62,837 nt of DNA, filler included, from Aduncisulcus paluster (GCA_024181965.1; 4 parts of 4 records of this genome joined end to end with filler, not necessarily neighbours in it), one strand, 5' to 3'; shown: positions 20,270 to 32,880, counted from the whole stretch's first letter. The notes: generated by a model from the sequence alone, not told the origin. Program-made: numbers and translations.

Positions 20270-22874
20270 ATGGATCCATCAAAAAAGACTATAAAAAGTC
20301 TCGAAGAAAAGGTATTAACAACATACAAAGGGCTTGTCTCTGTTATGAAGGATGTTGGAGATGTAAAAACTCATTTCTTGCGGTTTTCAACAGATACAAC
20401 GTCCAAAATCGAAGAAATGAGTCATCAAATAACGACCATTGATGAAAAACCTCAAAAAATACTCGAAGAAAAGGCTAAAATAATTGATGAGAAGCTTTTA
20501 GAACTTGATACTAAAATAGCTCAAGTTTCTGCTCTTGAGACCCGTATTCATGAAAAAGAAAAGGCAACCGACGCAATATCTCAAGATAAAATTCATCAAT
20601 TAGAAGCTAAAATTCATAAATTAGATGATATAACTGCCACTTCACGACAGAATCTTGATGACAAGTTTCATGAGGTTCAAAAAGAATATTTGAGAGTTGT
20701 AAAGGAAATATCGACTATTAAAGCATACTCAGAAACCCTATTACAACGAGATAAAGAACAAATAGATCGTGAACGAGACATTATTGATCGTGAAAGGACT
20801 CGACTTGATGCTTTGTCTGTTAATTTGGATGAAAGGGCTTCAAAGATCGATGAATCACGTATTATTCTTGACTCTGAACGCAGATTATTCGAAGAAAAAC
20901 AGCACACTATCTCGAAACGAGAAGAAGAGTTTGAACAGAAAGAATCTGCATTGAAATCTTTGATAACGCAAGTTGAATCCGATCGCCAAGAAGTCGAAGC
21001 TGCACGACAAGCTCTTCGTCTTGGTCAAGCATCGTTAGAAGAGGAGAAAGAAGAATTTTTGAAAGAAAAAGAGAGATATATGGCAGACAAAGAAAACGAA
21101 TTAAAGGAAGAAGAAGAGAAAAAGAGAAGAAGAAGAAGAGAAGAAACTTCAGGATAGACTCGATGAACTCTCTCTTCAATCCAAAGAAATGGAAGAAGAA
21201 ACAGTCAAATTGGAGTCCAAAGAAAGTGAATTGGAGTCCAAAGAAGAGTGTTTAACAATATTGGAAGAAAAACTTTCGAAAAGAGAACAAGAACTTTCGA
21301 AAAGAGAACAAGAACTTTCCAAAAGAGAAGACAATGTCTTTAAACGTGAAGAAGAAATTCAAGAACGTGAAGAGGAAGTTCAAGAAGACGAATCGATTGC
21401 TCTGGCTTCAAAAAAGCAACTAGAAGAACTTCAGGAGTTATTAACATTGAGAGAAAAAGCTCTTGAGCAACAAGCCATTTCTTTGCGACAAAAAGAAAGA
21501 GAATTACAAGAGCTTATTGCTATTAATCTGAAAACACACAAAAACAACCCAGAGAGAACCGAAGCGTTGTTGAGTGAAAAGAAGAAGAAAGAGAGAAATG
21601 AAAAAGATCGAGAGAAAGGGAAAGATCGAGAGAAAGTACCTGTTATTACGGCTTCTTGGGATGAACATTCGATTGATGATGAAGATTCTAACTCAACCAA
21701 TGACTATAATAATAATGAAGATGAACATCTTGATGAATCTCACTCTTCTTCTTCAATATCTGAGATATTGGAGGTCGTGCCAAGTATGAATAAGAACAAG
21801 AAAACATATTATTCCCCTTCGAAAGATTCTTTACTCCCAACTACTGATCTTTCCTCCAAGTCTAAGATTTCTTCGAAGGCTAGAAGAATGTCCCCACGTT
21901 CACCTCGAATCGCTTCAATCGTTCGTACATCCAATCAAAAAGAGAAAGAAGAGGGAGAACGTGTTGATAGAATTCTTCATAAAGTCCAAGGAAAAGAAGG
22001 AGGGAAAGGAGTTAGAGGTTACGCCCTTGAGGTTTTGATGTCTCCCCCACACACCATGCTTGAAGAACAAAGGAAAGAGGATCTCAAGAAAGCTTTGGGA
22101 GATCGAATGAGAGAAAGACGAGAGATGTCAACTCCTAGTTCCCAGCAGCAGAAAGATACCATCAAAGATCGGCAAGGTTATCTTACACCTGTATCTGCGA
22201 GAAAAAGAGAGATGAAAATTCAACATGTTGTGGATTATGAAGCTGATCATGCAGCCGCAACATCTACAGCAGCCACAGCTCTCACAAAGAGAAGAGAAGA
22301 ACAGGAGTATTATCATCATAGATCCCATCATTCTTCCTCTTCCTCTTCCTCTTCTCCATACCATCAAGATAAATCTCACATGGGTCAGTATTCCCCGTAT
22401 TTAGAAAAGGAGAGGGATAGGGAGAGGATTGGGAGGAGTATTACAAATGATGTTTATCTTCCATCGTCGTCTTGTAACAACATTAGAGTTGTCCGGAGTG
22501 CACTTAAAAACACTGTGCTTGCTTCAAGAGTCATGTCCACTGTTCTTGAGGATGCTTTGAGTTCCCTCGAAGATGAAGGAAGAAGAGAAGCCAAAAGAAG
22601 AGGTGTTGAGAAGCCTATTTTTAGAACCAGTATGAGAGGACATTTCCTCGTTCTATTTCGGGATTCTCGGTCTCTCCAGTATTTGGGCCTCTATATTGTT
22701 GATTCCAATGGTACATTAAGGAGAATCTCTGGGAAAGGACCGCTTTTAATGGATCAATCATTGATATCCGAGTGTTTCAAATATGATAGTGGTTCAAGAG
22801 AATACAAGATTCTAGGAACAAAAATGCTGAGTTCAACTGTATCTGGTATTGTATATTCAGGAAAACCAGCGTAG
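20270..22874 (+). CDS. Coiled-coil protein with C-terminal CKK domain (CAMSAP/Patronin-type microtubule binder); two ORFs joined across a +1 frame break at ~21105-21157
   Basis: The C-terminus NIRVVRSALKNTVLA...HFLVLFRDSRSLQYLGLY...GKGP...FKYDSGSREYKILGTKMLSSTVSGI matches the CKK consensus. The +1 frame upstream of 21189 reads EEEEKKLQDRLDELSLQSKEM, continuing the coiled coil. Confidence 0.82.
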
Positions 22875-24118
22875 TATAGTATACTAATATCTGGATTTAC
22901 ATGACACAGGATAACATTCACTACTACAGTAAAGAATTATGGACAAGTCATGTAATCAAAATTAGCACATATTAGACAAAAAATTAGAGAAAATTCCAAA
23001 CTACCTATTGAATAATAAGAAGACGATTATATTGTAGAATATATCAATATCATTCTATTTTCGAATTTTTATTATCGAGATATTGGATTCCCCTTTGGTA
23101 TTACACTCCTGGCTATGTTTTTTTCCATCACTCCCGACTTTGAATCATATAGTGAATTCTTAAAAAAAATTAGTGTACATAATTTGCCAAGGAATGTCAT
23201 AATGATGTCTTATCTGATGACACATGGCATATAACTGCGAGCAACGATACAATTCCGTCCCTGGGTCAATTAAAGATAATAAAATGATAGAAATAATTTC
23301 AAACTTAATATATTCTTATTTAATCAATAAAATGTTCAAGATCAACAAAAATAACGCTTTATCCAACGATTCAGTTTTGACGAGTTTATTTTGTTACATA
23401 TACAATATTATTTCAAGTAATTGCCTCCAAATGAATAACCATTGATCTTTATTAACTGAAATATTCAATTCTAAACATCTAAATATGATTTTTTATTCTC
23501 TTTCTTGGGATGATTTTTTTATCAATGAGAATAAGTGTATAAAACACGATAATAGATCGAATTTCGTGTCAAAAAACATCTTGTGGAGCAAATGGCATGA
23601 TTTTATTGATTTGATTCCTCTTTATACTGTGTCATTCATAACATCTTCATTTGTACAACCTCTTAAGAATATTTTTCCAAATATTCCTGGAATATCATGA
23701 TAAAAAGGGAGCTTACAGTAATTGCAATTCGAAGTTCATGTCATTATGTTTGTTATTGTGTGTCAATGATATCTGTTTGGCTCTCGAACCTTTTGATACC
23801 TTATTGTTCTTTTTATTGACATAAAACTGAACTTAAACGTTTGATATTTGCCATACTACTCCCTTAAATACTGCTACAAACTAAAAACACTAATAACACT
23901 CAACTCTCTGCTTCTGATTGTTGATCCTGGTTTCCACCCATTGTCTCTGAAAGTAATTACCAAATTGACACACCTGCCCCTCGCTTAACTCATTTGAATC
24001 TCGAATAACGCATCAATAACACCAATAACATCAATACCATCAAAGCTATTCCCCAATCTATGTGTCACATCATCTTATTCTTGGATGGTGATTCTTGATT
24101 AGAGATCTTTCCTTTGTT

Positions 24119-24212
24119 TTGCCGAATCCAATCTTTTCTCTTCTCTCTCTAAACAGTTCAAACAACATAAGAAGAGAACTTGATCTGCCCAATGAACTTG
24201 ATTCTTTTATTT
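24119..24212. repeat. Dispersed repeat, copy 2
   Basis: Similar to 17188-17270. Confidence 0.72.
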
Positions 24213-24234
24213 TCTGCCAATCTATGTAGTAAAT

Positions 24235-24381
24235 TTCCCCCCTTTTACCCCCATCCGTGGGGGTCCCCCCTGTACGGTGGTTGCACTGTACATTTCTTTA
24301 TTATATTTTTTTCCCAAAAAAACAAACAAACAAAAAAATACACAAACTTTCCACCGGCGGTGGCTGAGAAAAGTGGGGGAA
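24235..24381. other. Multi-hairpin GC-rich element with terminal imperfect inverted repeat
   Basis: TTCCCCCCTTTT/AAAAGTGGGGGAA encloses ACCCCCA/TGGGGGT, TGTACGGTG/CACTGTACA and CCACC/GGTGG. Confidence 0.6.
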
Positions 24382-24806
24382 CCTCTATCGAAAAATGTCT
24401 AAAATTTTTATATTTTTTGCCATTTCTTGCAAATATGACTTTCCAAAATGATATTGATGTTAAGTTCTGTCCCGAGATGTTCTGTTGTTGTTGTGTAAGA
24501 TTGTGAAACATTATGAGGATAATTAAGATTATTTTCACATTATAATTGTTAAATAATTTAAAATTTTATGTTTATATTGTTTCTGCATTGAAAGACATTG
24601 AGATTTTTCCTCTACGCTTCAACAACGATAAAAATCAAATTTCAAAAATTGAAAGAAGTATTTTATCTTTTATAATTAGATTCTTTCCACTTCATTCCAA
24701 TTTTTTGACAGTTTGAGTAGAATTCCTCACCGACGCTTCATTCATCGTGTCTTGTCAACACTACTAGAGTTTTTCTTTACTTAAACATCTATTTCAAACA
24801 TCTATT

Positions 24807-26387
24807 ATGTATATTTTTCAGTTTTCACCTTCAGATCCGGATAATTCCGATCTTTCTGATTTGGAAAAAGTTCTTGTGAGGAAATACTCCCCATTGCATT
24901 CTACAAGCCCTGAAAGCAAATCTTGTAGCTTTTGTAAAGGATTGATCTTTGATGAAATGTACCAGGTGATCTGTTCAAATGATTCACGTGTTGTTTTCAA
25001 TTTTCATCCTTGTTGTGCTTCATTTATTTCTCTACAAAGACAATCGTGCCCCGTTTGTTCTCACCACTTGCAACCCTTCCATTTGAGGGATGGAATAGAT
25101 AAAAGTGAAGAGAAATCATGTACATTCAAGCGTATCAAAACTGGTCTTGGCGCTAAAGGTTGTTCTGAGTGTTTTTTCTGCCATTCTAAACCAATTTTGG
25201 CAGATTTATCAAAACATATTGCTTCTGAACATCTCGGTAAATTTAAATCGAACAAGGATTTTGATTCCAAGAAGTTCCCTCTTTTCTTATCCCTTGAAGA
25301 GGTCGTTTCCCTGCTACAACAGCAAATGAAGAACCATCCATTCCCTTCTGAACGGTTTTCTATTGTCACTGATCAGGGAAGAGCAGTTCCTGGGCCATGG
25401 GCTGCGTTTTTGCGTTGTTTGACTGTATATCGCCTTGTTAAGATTAGAACAAACAATAACATTGCCGCATTAACTGAAAAAATGGGACATAAATCTGGTA
25501 TTGGTCCCTTTATTCCATTTAATTCTGTTGGTATGATGACTCTCTCAAAACATCTTATTTTGCCCGTGTTCCTTCCTGTTTTGTCCCGGGGACCAACAAA
25601 AGAGGAGATAATAGCTAATTTGAGCGATGCGTTCACCGTCCAGATGTCTGATCCAAGGACAATCAATCCAATGTCCTCCTTATCTGCTTCTGTTTATTTA
25701 CAGGCACTTTCCTTGGATTCTCGCGCTGGTATGAATGATTCGGTTGTGTCTTGCTGTGGTGGTGATGTCAAACTATCCCGTGCTGGCATTTCTCCTCTTA
25801 AGGAAGGAGATAAGGTTTCTAATCTGTGGAGCTATCCTCTCATCCAGAAACATGCCTCCAAACGGGGCAGGGTGAGATCTTTGGTTCTTGGTTCTGAGAA
25901 TTGTCTTGATATTGGAACTGTGGTAGGAATCTCTCGAGCTGGGTTGGAAGTCCTTGTTCAATTCCAGGATGGAGAGGTTGACGCATTCAATCCTGCCCAT
26001 TTATGTGTTGTTTCAACAAAAACTGTTAATTCTATCGGCAAGAAATACAAATCTATTTTTGGAACAGTTCCTATTGTGTCTTCCCCATCCACAGGTTCTT
26101 TGAAGTCCTCTAAATCGTCGAAGAAGTCGAAGAAATCTAAAAAATCGAAGAAAGGTGGGCTTGGTTCTGCTCTCGAAGTCCATTCCATTGATATCGCTCT
26201 CGATGAGATGACTGTTGCTGGAAAAGATCGCAAACCCTCCTCTTCCTCTTCTTCCTCCTCTTCCTCCTCTTCCTCTTCCTCCAAACGAAAAGTTCAGAAA
26301 TCGATTGAATATTTCATTGATGACGATGCCCCCGATGACCATGCTTCCCCTCTTGGGCCTGGGACGGACAATCCAAGGTGTTCAGTG
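24807..26387 (+). CDS. Hypothetical zinc-finger protein (RING/PHD-like plus C2H2-like), 3'-truncated by contig end
   Basis: CSFC-x12-C...FHPCC...CPVC and CFFC-x11-H-x4-H; the ORF runs into the spacer. Confidence 0.65.
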
Positions 26388-26487
26388 NNNNNNNNNNNNN
26401 NNNNNNNNNNNNNNNNNNNNNNNNNNNNNNNTTAATTAATTAANNNNNNNNNNNNNNNNNNNNNNNNNNNNNNNNNNNNNNNNNNNN
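26388..26487. other. Artificial contig spacer
   Basis: N44-TTAATTAATTAA-N44, giving stops in all six frames. Confidence 0.97.
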
Positions 26488-27606
26488 AGTTCCCATATAT
26501 CCAGCGGGTACCATCTTTCCATCACTCACAATTGAAAGGATGTCAGAAGTAGCTTCAAGGGAGGATTTTACACATTCAACGTATTTTTCACTCTTAGTGG
26601 ATACTTTCCCAAGGACAACAATGTGATTTGGGAATGAACATGGGATAACCTGGACATTTTCAAACTCCTTCCGAATCACACATGGGACGGATATGAATGG
26701 ATCTTCACTGGAAGTGGCAGCTGCGGCCTCCAATGCATCAATCGAAGGGATGGTGAGATGGATGATGGATGAACTCGAACCAATGAACAAAGTGTAAGAA
26801 GAAGCAGAGGCTTCTCCATCATGAAAGATGGGACACATGACAAGAGAGAGTCCACGAGAATTAATGACAACATCTTCTCCATCATAAACAAGAGCAAGAC
26901 GAACAGCACGTGTTCCACCAATGGGGAGAGCGTAGAGAGAGTTCTTGCTTGAAAAGATATCAACAGGATAAGTCCCATCATTGGGTGCAAGGAAGGCATT
27001 GTGATAGTCCGCAATTTTACAAATCTCATAGTTGTCCTTCCACGATGTCTCGATTGAGCTCAATAAAGTATATCCTTCAGAGGAAGCAGTTTGATATTCA
27101 GCATTGGTTTGGAAATCTTCACGACGGACATCAATGGGAAGAGAAGCAAACTCACTGAAGGGAACAGCGAGAGTTGTACTCCATGTTGAGAGAACAAAAC
27201 GACCATCTCCAAGAACTCCAGAAATTGCACCAGGCACTCTAGGAAACCCGTGATTATTTGTAAGAGCAGTGACGGACCCATCAGTTTCATCAATAGAAAA
27301 GTTCCGATATCCAGTACCAAGGCAGTTTTTAGCCGTAAAGAAACTTCCAACGACAGTGTAAATCCCATCTTGGAAGGAAAATGCCGAACATTTGTCAATT
27401 TCACCAATTTCACGTCCTTGTTTGACAAGGTGTAAAGAAGAATACGTTTCTCCATCTTCTGTTGACATGATATAATTTGCGAACTGAACAGTAAACTTTG
27501 GAGATATGGAAAGTGTCTTTGGGATTACTGTGGCCTTTGATGAAAAACCTGAATCAGAACCCACAGATATGAATTCATCGATAGGATTTAATACAAATTC
27601 AGGCAT
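26488..27606 (-). CDS. Hypothetical beta-rich protein, 3'-truncated
   Basis: ORF of ~373 codons runs into the spacer; no family recognised. Confidence 0.7.
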
Positions 27607-28167
27607 TTATGTTTTTGTTATATTCCCAAATCAATGACATCTTCAAAATCGACAAAATGTCTCGAATAAGAACAACGAATGAGAAAGTAAATGGTTAAAG
27701 TGAATTTATATTTCTATAAAAACTAAAAATAATACCAATAAAATGATCCCATTTGGCTTATAATAGAATCTAGTCGGGAATTGTAAAAAATAAGCAATTT
27801 ATTGAGAATCAAAATAGCTGTTATAACCTATAACGTATAGACACTTCTTTAACTTTCTTTCGGTCTATCTCATAGATAAACAATGACCAAGACATTGTGG
27901 GGGGGTAAGCTATCATAGTATGATCTCTGCTTCACAATGGATTGGCATCAGTCATCACATGATAGAATACCAATAACTATCTGTGTATAATGGAATAACC
28001 TGGGCGTAGTATGAGATTATCAATCTGTCCAGAAAAAAAAATAAAAGCAAAAAGAAACCCGATGTATCTATCCATTGGCAACCATGATAACGAAAATCCA
28101 AATAAAATAAAGGCCGAAGATATGAGATAGACAATAATAATTCAGTTTAATCAATTTTTTTTTCACA

Positions 28168-30603
28168 TCACAACCCCCAATCACCATCATCATCCCAATC
28201 GTCGCCCCAGAGCACTCCAGAATCCTTCTTCTTCTGCGTTTCAGGCTTCTTCTTGGGATACGAGTAACTGCTTCTCTGGGCTGCCTTGGCTCCATCACGT
28301 GCCAAGTCGTGGAGTAAGCTTGCCTTCTTCATTTCTTCCTTTTGCTGCCGCTCCTTCTCAGCTCTCTCAGTCTCCATTCTCCTCATTCGGTCGAATCTAT
28401 CTTGTTTCTTTCTTTCCTCCTCTTGTTTTTGTCTGATTTCGTCCTGTCTTGACTCGTCAAGTAACCATTGCTTTTTCCTTTCTTCCTCTTCTTTTCGTTT
28501 TTGTTCCCTTTCAATCCTCACCTCTTCCTCTCTTCTCGCTTTTGCTCTCACCTTTTCCTCCACTTCCCTCCTTCTCTTCTCCTCAGTTTCACTCATTTTC
28601 GAGGCAGTTCCTTTTATGGAGGCAGCAAAGCCAGTCGTCTCATCAGCTTTCTCGAGACAGTCGAACCTAAGGTCAATACCTTCACCGACAGAACGACTAG
28701 GGTTCTCAAGGTTGTTACTGAGGGCATACAACAGAGACACAACATGCTGACATACCCTGCGCTCTCGCATGGCACTGCACAGCACTGTTAATGATGGAGC
28801 AGCGTGAAGAGCAGAGAGCAGAGAAGCAACGAGACTCAGGGGGAATATACGAACAAGAGATCCTTTATATACAAGGGCTTGGGAGACAATCATCCCAATA
28901 ATGTTCACACATTCCGTGGAAATACGCAAGATCCTTGAATCGGGAGACTGTGAGTAGAGCGCAGCCGCTGTTCCCTGCCGCATCCTTGTATGTGCTTGCC
29001 CACATGCACGGATAATACTGTCAACAGTGGGTAGAAGAGCCCCAGAAGCCTTCTCAGCCGCAGAGACCGAGGCGGATCCTTTGTGTCCATTGGCGGTTAC
29101 AACATCATTTCCCGTGTAACACATGATGGAACCAATTCCCCGTGAAATGAGGATTCTAACAGCAGCAAGTGCATTGAATGACATGGTGGCATCTTGTTGG
29201 CGCAATGATTGAATCGACAATTGAGAGAGGGAAAAGATCACCTTTGGACCGAACTGGGAGGAAGATCCAAATCTCTCGCAGTGTTCGACAATGATGCGAA
29301 GGATAGCTATTGTCATCTTTGTTTGAGACTCAGATCGCTCTTTTGCGGGCTGAGAGCTTGCCTTCTCAAGGATATTCAGAGAAATATCGAGAACGGTTGT
29401 ATCTAAGAACTCTTCGGGGAGAGTCGCCATAAGAGAGGGCAAATACTCGACAACAATAGCAAGAGACTTCATGCTAGCATCAGGGCCGACAGTCTGTTGC
29501 TTAACAAACTCAAGCAACCCACTACGCTGAAGTACAGGATCTTTGGAAGGCACAACTGCCGACACAGCCAGAAGGAGAGGCAAAACACCGATCTTGTAGT
29601 CATCGTTGATTAATGAAGACTTCAATAAGGAAGGAATGACCTTTCTAGTAAGATATCTGATGGGAGTGCCAACAACTTTTGGAGTGAGCGAAACCATTTG
29701 TTTGGGCGACAGAATTAGATCCTCTTGGATCATCCCACCACAATCTTTGAATGTTGAACGATGGAAATAATGGAATTTATCAATAATATCACTGGCTGTC
29801 GCGCCCTTAACGTCAGGAGGCCAGAGTTTCTCAATGTCATCAAGGAGATGCTGAGGGGAGTAATTCTTGACGTTGCCAGACATCGATTTAGTCAAACGCT
29901 TGTAATAGGCTGCACATGCTTGAGCAAATTTGTGAATATCATGTTTTATAGTTTTTACAATACTATAGTCGTTGACATATGCAGCAGACGAAGCAGCAAC
30001 TTGTGTATGAGGTAGAAATACAAATTCTCCACTTTCAAGCACTCCAACAGCAGTATCAAACGAAGAGTCACTAACTCCTTTCCCAGATTTGTATAAAAAT
30101 TTGGATGTGTTAATAAGGGATTTCATACCATGCCACAATTCAATTCCAGAAGTTGAGATATAATCTGAGGTTAAAAGCGTTGATTTGAATGATACGGGGG
30201 ACACGAAGGCAGGAGTGAGGAGAGCTAATGATTTCTTCCCAAATTTCCCAAAAAATGACTCTCTATTCTGTGGAATTTTAGCAGTTTCTAATATTGTTAA
30301 AACACCAGGATGTTTGGTCATAACTGACTTCTCAGTTATCTCGGTAGCTTCATCGAACACAATAACGTTATATCGTTCATGCTAAACGAAAAAAATATAC
30401 AAAAAACAAAAGAGAAAATATAGTTAATAAAAATAACGTCTCAACATCTTAATATTAATGCCTGAATGTAATAGAAAAATAAGACATACTCCTTCAGAAG
30501 CATCATAGATTGCATAAGGATATTTGAATGAAGTATTAGTATATGTAGGGGTTTCAGAAACCGATAATGAGGGTTTCCCAAACTTTTTACCAATTGAATG
30601 CAT
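28168..30603 (-). CDS. SCY1-like pseudokinase/HEAT protein; exons 30603-30490 and 30381-28168 (~775 aa)
   Basis: The spliced N-terminus ...YAIYDASEG|HERYNVIVFDE...MTKHPGVLTILE fits SCYL kinase-like starts. HEAT-like helices, a charged tail and a W-containing acidic end (LWGDDWDDDGDWGL) follow. Confidence 0.62.
30382..30489 (-). other. Spliceosomal intron, 108 nt, phase 0
   Basis: GTATGT...TATTAAC...T-rich...TTTAG; removal fuses the upstream ATG exon in frame with the ATG-less long ORF. Confidence 0.8.
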
Positions 30604-30789
30604 TGCAATCTTAACTTTTTTTCTCTGTCCTCTAATTAGCAATAAAATTAAGCAATTTAAATCAATGATGCAATTAACATAGTCAATTAACTACAAAAAA
30701 TAAAATAATTATTCGGTCATATTTGATATTCAATGTGAAACAGATTCCGATTGGAATCATCCTTGATTTATTTCATAGAGTTAGAAATC

Positions 30790-32652
30790 TTATACAAAAA
30801 CATGTTGTTTCAATATTTTGCCCTTGAGACGTCCATCTTTTTTCCAAATATGCTTGTTTTCAAGACATTTTTCGACAACATCTAAAATATCATCAAGAAA
30901 ATCAATTCCATCAAATAAATCCTCTTCCACATCCGTTTTAGCATGTGATATTTTCTGAAGTCTCGGTGGAATTCCCATTCCCTTTGTTTGATCATCTAGT
31001 TTTAACTTCGATTTGGACGAGTGCTTCCCCTTTTTATGTTTTTTCATGTGCTCGTTGATAGTTACCCCATCGGGCATAATCTCGAGAACCCTTGTCCTCT
31101 CCTGTTGTTTTGTGACTTGATCAACGAATTGCCGTACACGGAGAGATTCTGTACTTTTCCTATCTCCCTCACACAACACACATGCCAATCCATCCTTGCC
31201 TGCTCGAGCTGCCCTTCCACCACGATGAATATACTGAGTGACACTCTGAGGGGCATCAAACGAGAGGGAAGTGTACACATAAGTATCAAGACCACGACAG
31301 GCAGCATCAGTGGTAATAAGGATGGGTGGAATATTGCCGGAAAAAGGGTATGCCGGAATAGGGTTAGTATATTGTTTTGATAAAGAAGAGAGCAATGAAG
31401 ACAATGCTTCACCAGATGCTCTGGACATGTTATAGATACTATTCTGTACAGAAGAATGTTTCTTCTTGTATTTCCTCTGAAAGATGGCCGATAGAGCATT
31501 TAAAAAGAGGGACAATCTATCAGCAGCTTCCAACGTATTCACAAACACCATAAATGGTCCCTGAAACTTCACCAAGGCAGAAACATTGCCGGAAGAGGAA
31601 GAAGAGGAAGAATGGGATGAAATAATATCTTTTAGTTTTGATGGAAGTGCATCCATGGGAATTATTCCAAGGATACAAGAACATACGAGTGCTTTTGCCA
31701 TTGGATTCTCGACAAAAACAGTATGGTGGAATAGGGAAATGGGAATAGTAGGGAGAGAAATAGGCATTAAATCTTTTTTGGATGTTATTTTATCATCTGA
31801 AGCATCTCTAATGCGATCAATTTTCCCACTTGACTTGACACTTCCTTTTGGTTGAACATTGACCACTCTACCAACGCTCAATTCCCTCCCCATGAAATCA
31901 TCATTATAAAGGGTAGCGCTGCTTAAAAAGAGTTTAATAGGAGCCATTGGATGAGTCGAAGAGAGGATAGACGGAGTGGATGACAGTCCTTGAAGTTGAG
32001 GGAAAGAAGCCACAAGAGAACGACGCCAAGATTCTTGAGATGGAGATAGAAGTCGATCTGCCTCATCTAAAACAATATAACGAAGGTGTGAGAGGCGAGA
32101 AAGGGAACAAAAATGATGCTCGAGAATACCAGGGGTTGTAACAAGAATGTCAGGACATAGAGGACGAAATACAGGATTTTTACCAAATATATATGAGTTT
32201 TCCATTGTTAAATATGCGGATGTTAACGGTTTTTGATCCATTTTCCCTTTTATAGTCTGAATATTGAGATATTGATTTAATATACCTTCATTTCTGAAGA
32301 ATTCACAAATTTTCTGAACTTCTTTGAAAACCTGAAGGGCTAAAACACTTGTTGGAAGGATTAAAATCGCTCTTATTTCCCCCCTAATGGTAGTTTTAAG
32401 AAGATCAAAAAATATTGGGAACAAAAAGGCTAAGGTCTTTCCGCTTCCAGTTGGAGCAATAATATTGATAGTTTGGGGGATTGTGGATATTGTTTTATAG
32501 TGAGAAAAACTCTGACATGCTTCACAAAGCTGAGATTTCGATGGAGATTCTGAAGAATCTATCCCAAGGAAAGAAATAAAGGTTTCAATTTGAATTGGAA
32601 GGAAAAAATCAAAAATATGTCGCCCTTTGTTAGAAATGATTACACTTGACAT
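30790..32652 (-). CDS. DDX51: DEAD-box RNA helicase, DDX51/Dbp6-like
   Basis: Q motif FLPIQ, APTGSGKTLAF, LILPTSVLALQV, TTPG, LDEADRLL, SAT, RGLD and HRGGRAARAGKDG are present. Subfamily assigned from motif context. Confidence 0.72.
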   Translation of the reverse strand: MSSVIISNKGRHIFDFFLPIQIETFISFLGIDSSESPSKSQLCEACQSFSHYKTISTIPQTINIIAPTGSGKTLAFLFPIFFDLLKTTIRGEIRAILILPTSVLALQVFKEVQKICEFFRNEGILNQYLNIQTIKGKMDQKPLTSAYLTMENSYIFGKNPVFRPLCPDILVTTPGILEHHFCSLSRLSHLRYIVLDEADRLLSPSQESWRRSLVASFPQLQGLSSTPSILSSTHPMAPIKLFLSSATLYNDDFMGRELSVGRVVNVQPKGSVKSSGKIDRIRDASDDKITSKKDLMPISLPTIPISLFHHTVFVENPMAKALVCSCILGIIPMDALPSKLKDIISSHSSSSSSSGNVSALVKFQGPFMVFVNTLEAADRLSLFLNALSAIFQRKYKKKHSSVQNSIYNMSRASGEALSSLLSSLSKQYTNPIPAYPFSGNIPPILITTDAACRGLDTYVYTSLSFDAPQSVTQYIHRGGRAARAGKDGLACVLCEGDRKSTESLRVRQFVDQVTKQQERTRVLEIMPDGVTINEHMKKHKKGKHSSKSKLKLDDQTKGMGIPPRLQKISHAKTDVEEDLFDGIDFLDDILDVVEKCLENKHIWKKDGRLKGKILKQHVFV

Positions 32653-32880
32653 CCAACTACCTTCTTAAGTTGCGAGAAAAAACCGCAATCAACTTTAAGT
32701 TTGGATCCAAAAGCTTCTTGGATGAAATAATAAAATAAATTTAATTAATATCATTGTTTTGACAAAATTATGGTACATTGACTTTTACTATCTCATTCAA
32801 TTCATGATTGGATCTGCCAATTGACTTTCTTCGGTCATTGAAATTTTTTTATCATATTATCTGTTCGTAAAAATATTGTA

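Noticed and set aside
22900..24100. Genes or a pseudogene in the AT-rich interval
   Set aside because: Only short stop-riddled frames with no recognisable homology; a mini C/D-like motif near 23196-23222 is too short for a snoRNA.
24271..24292. U1 snRNA, suggested by TTGCAC
   Set aside because: No 5' ACTTAC, no U1-70K loop and no positioned Sm site.
26388..26487. TTAATTAATTAA palindrome (also at 41792 and 57237) as a biological motif
   Set aside because: The identical 100-nt N-padded six-frame-stop linker is artificial, so genes on either side are not neighbours.
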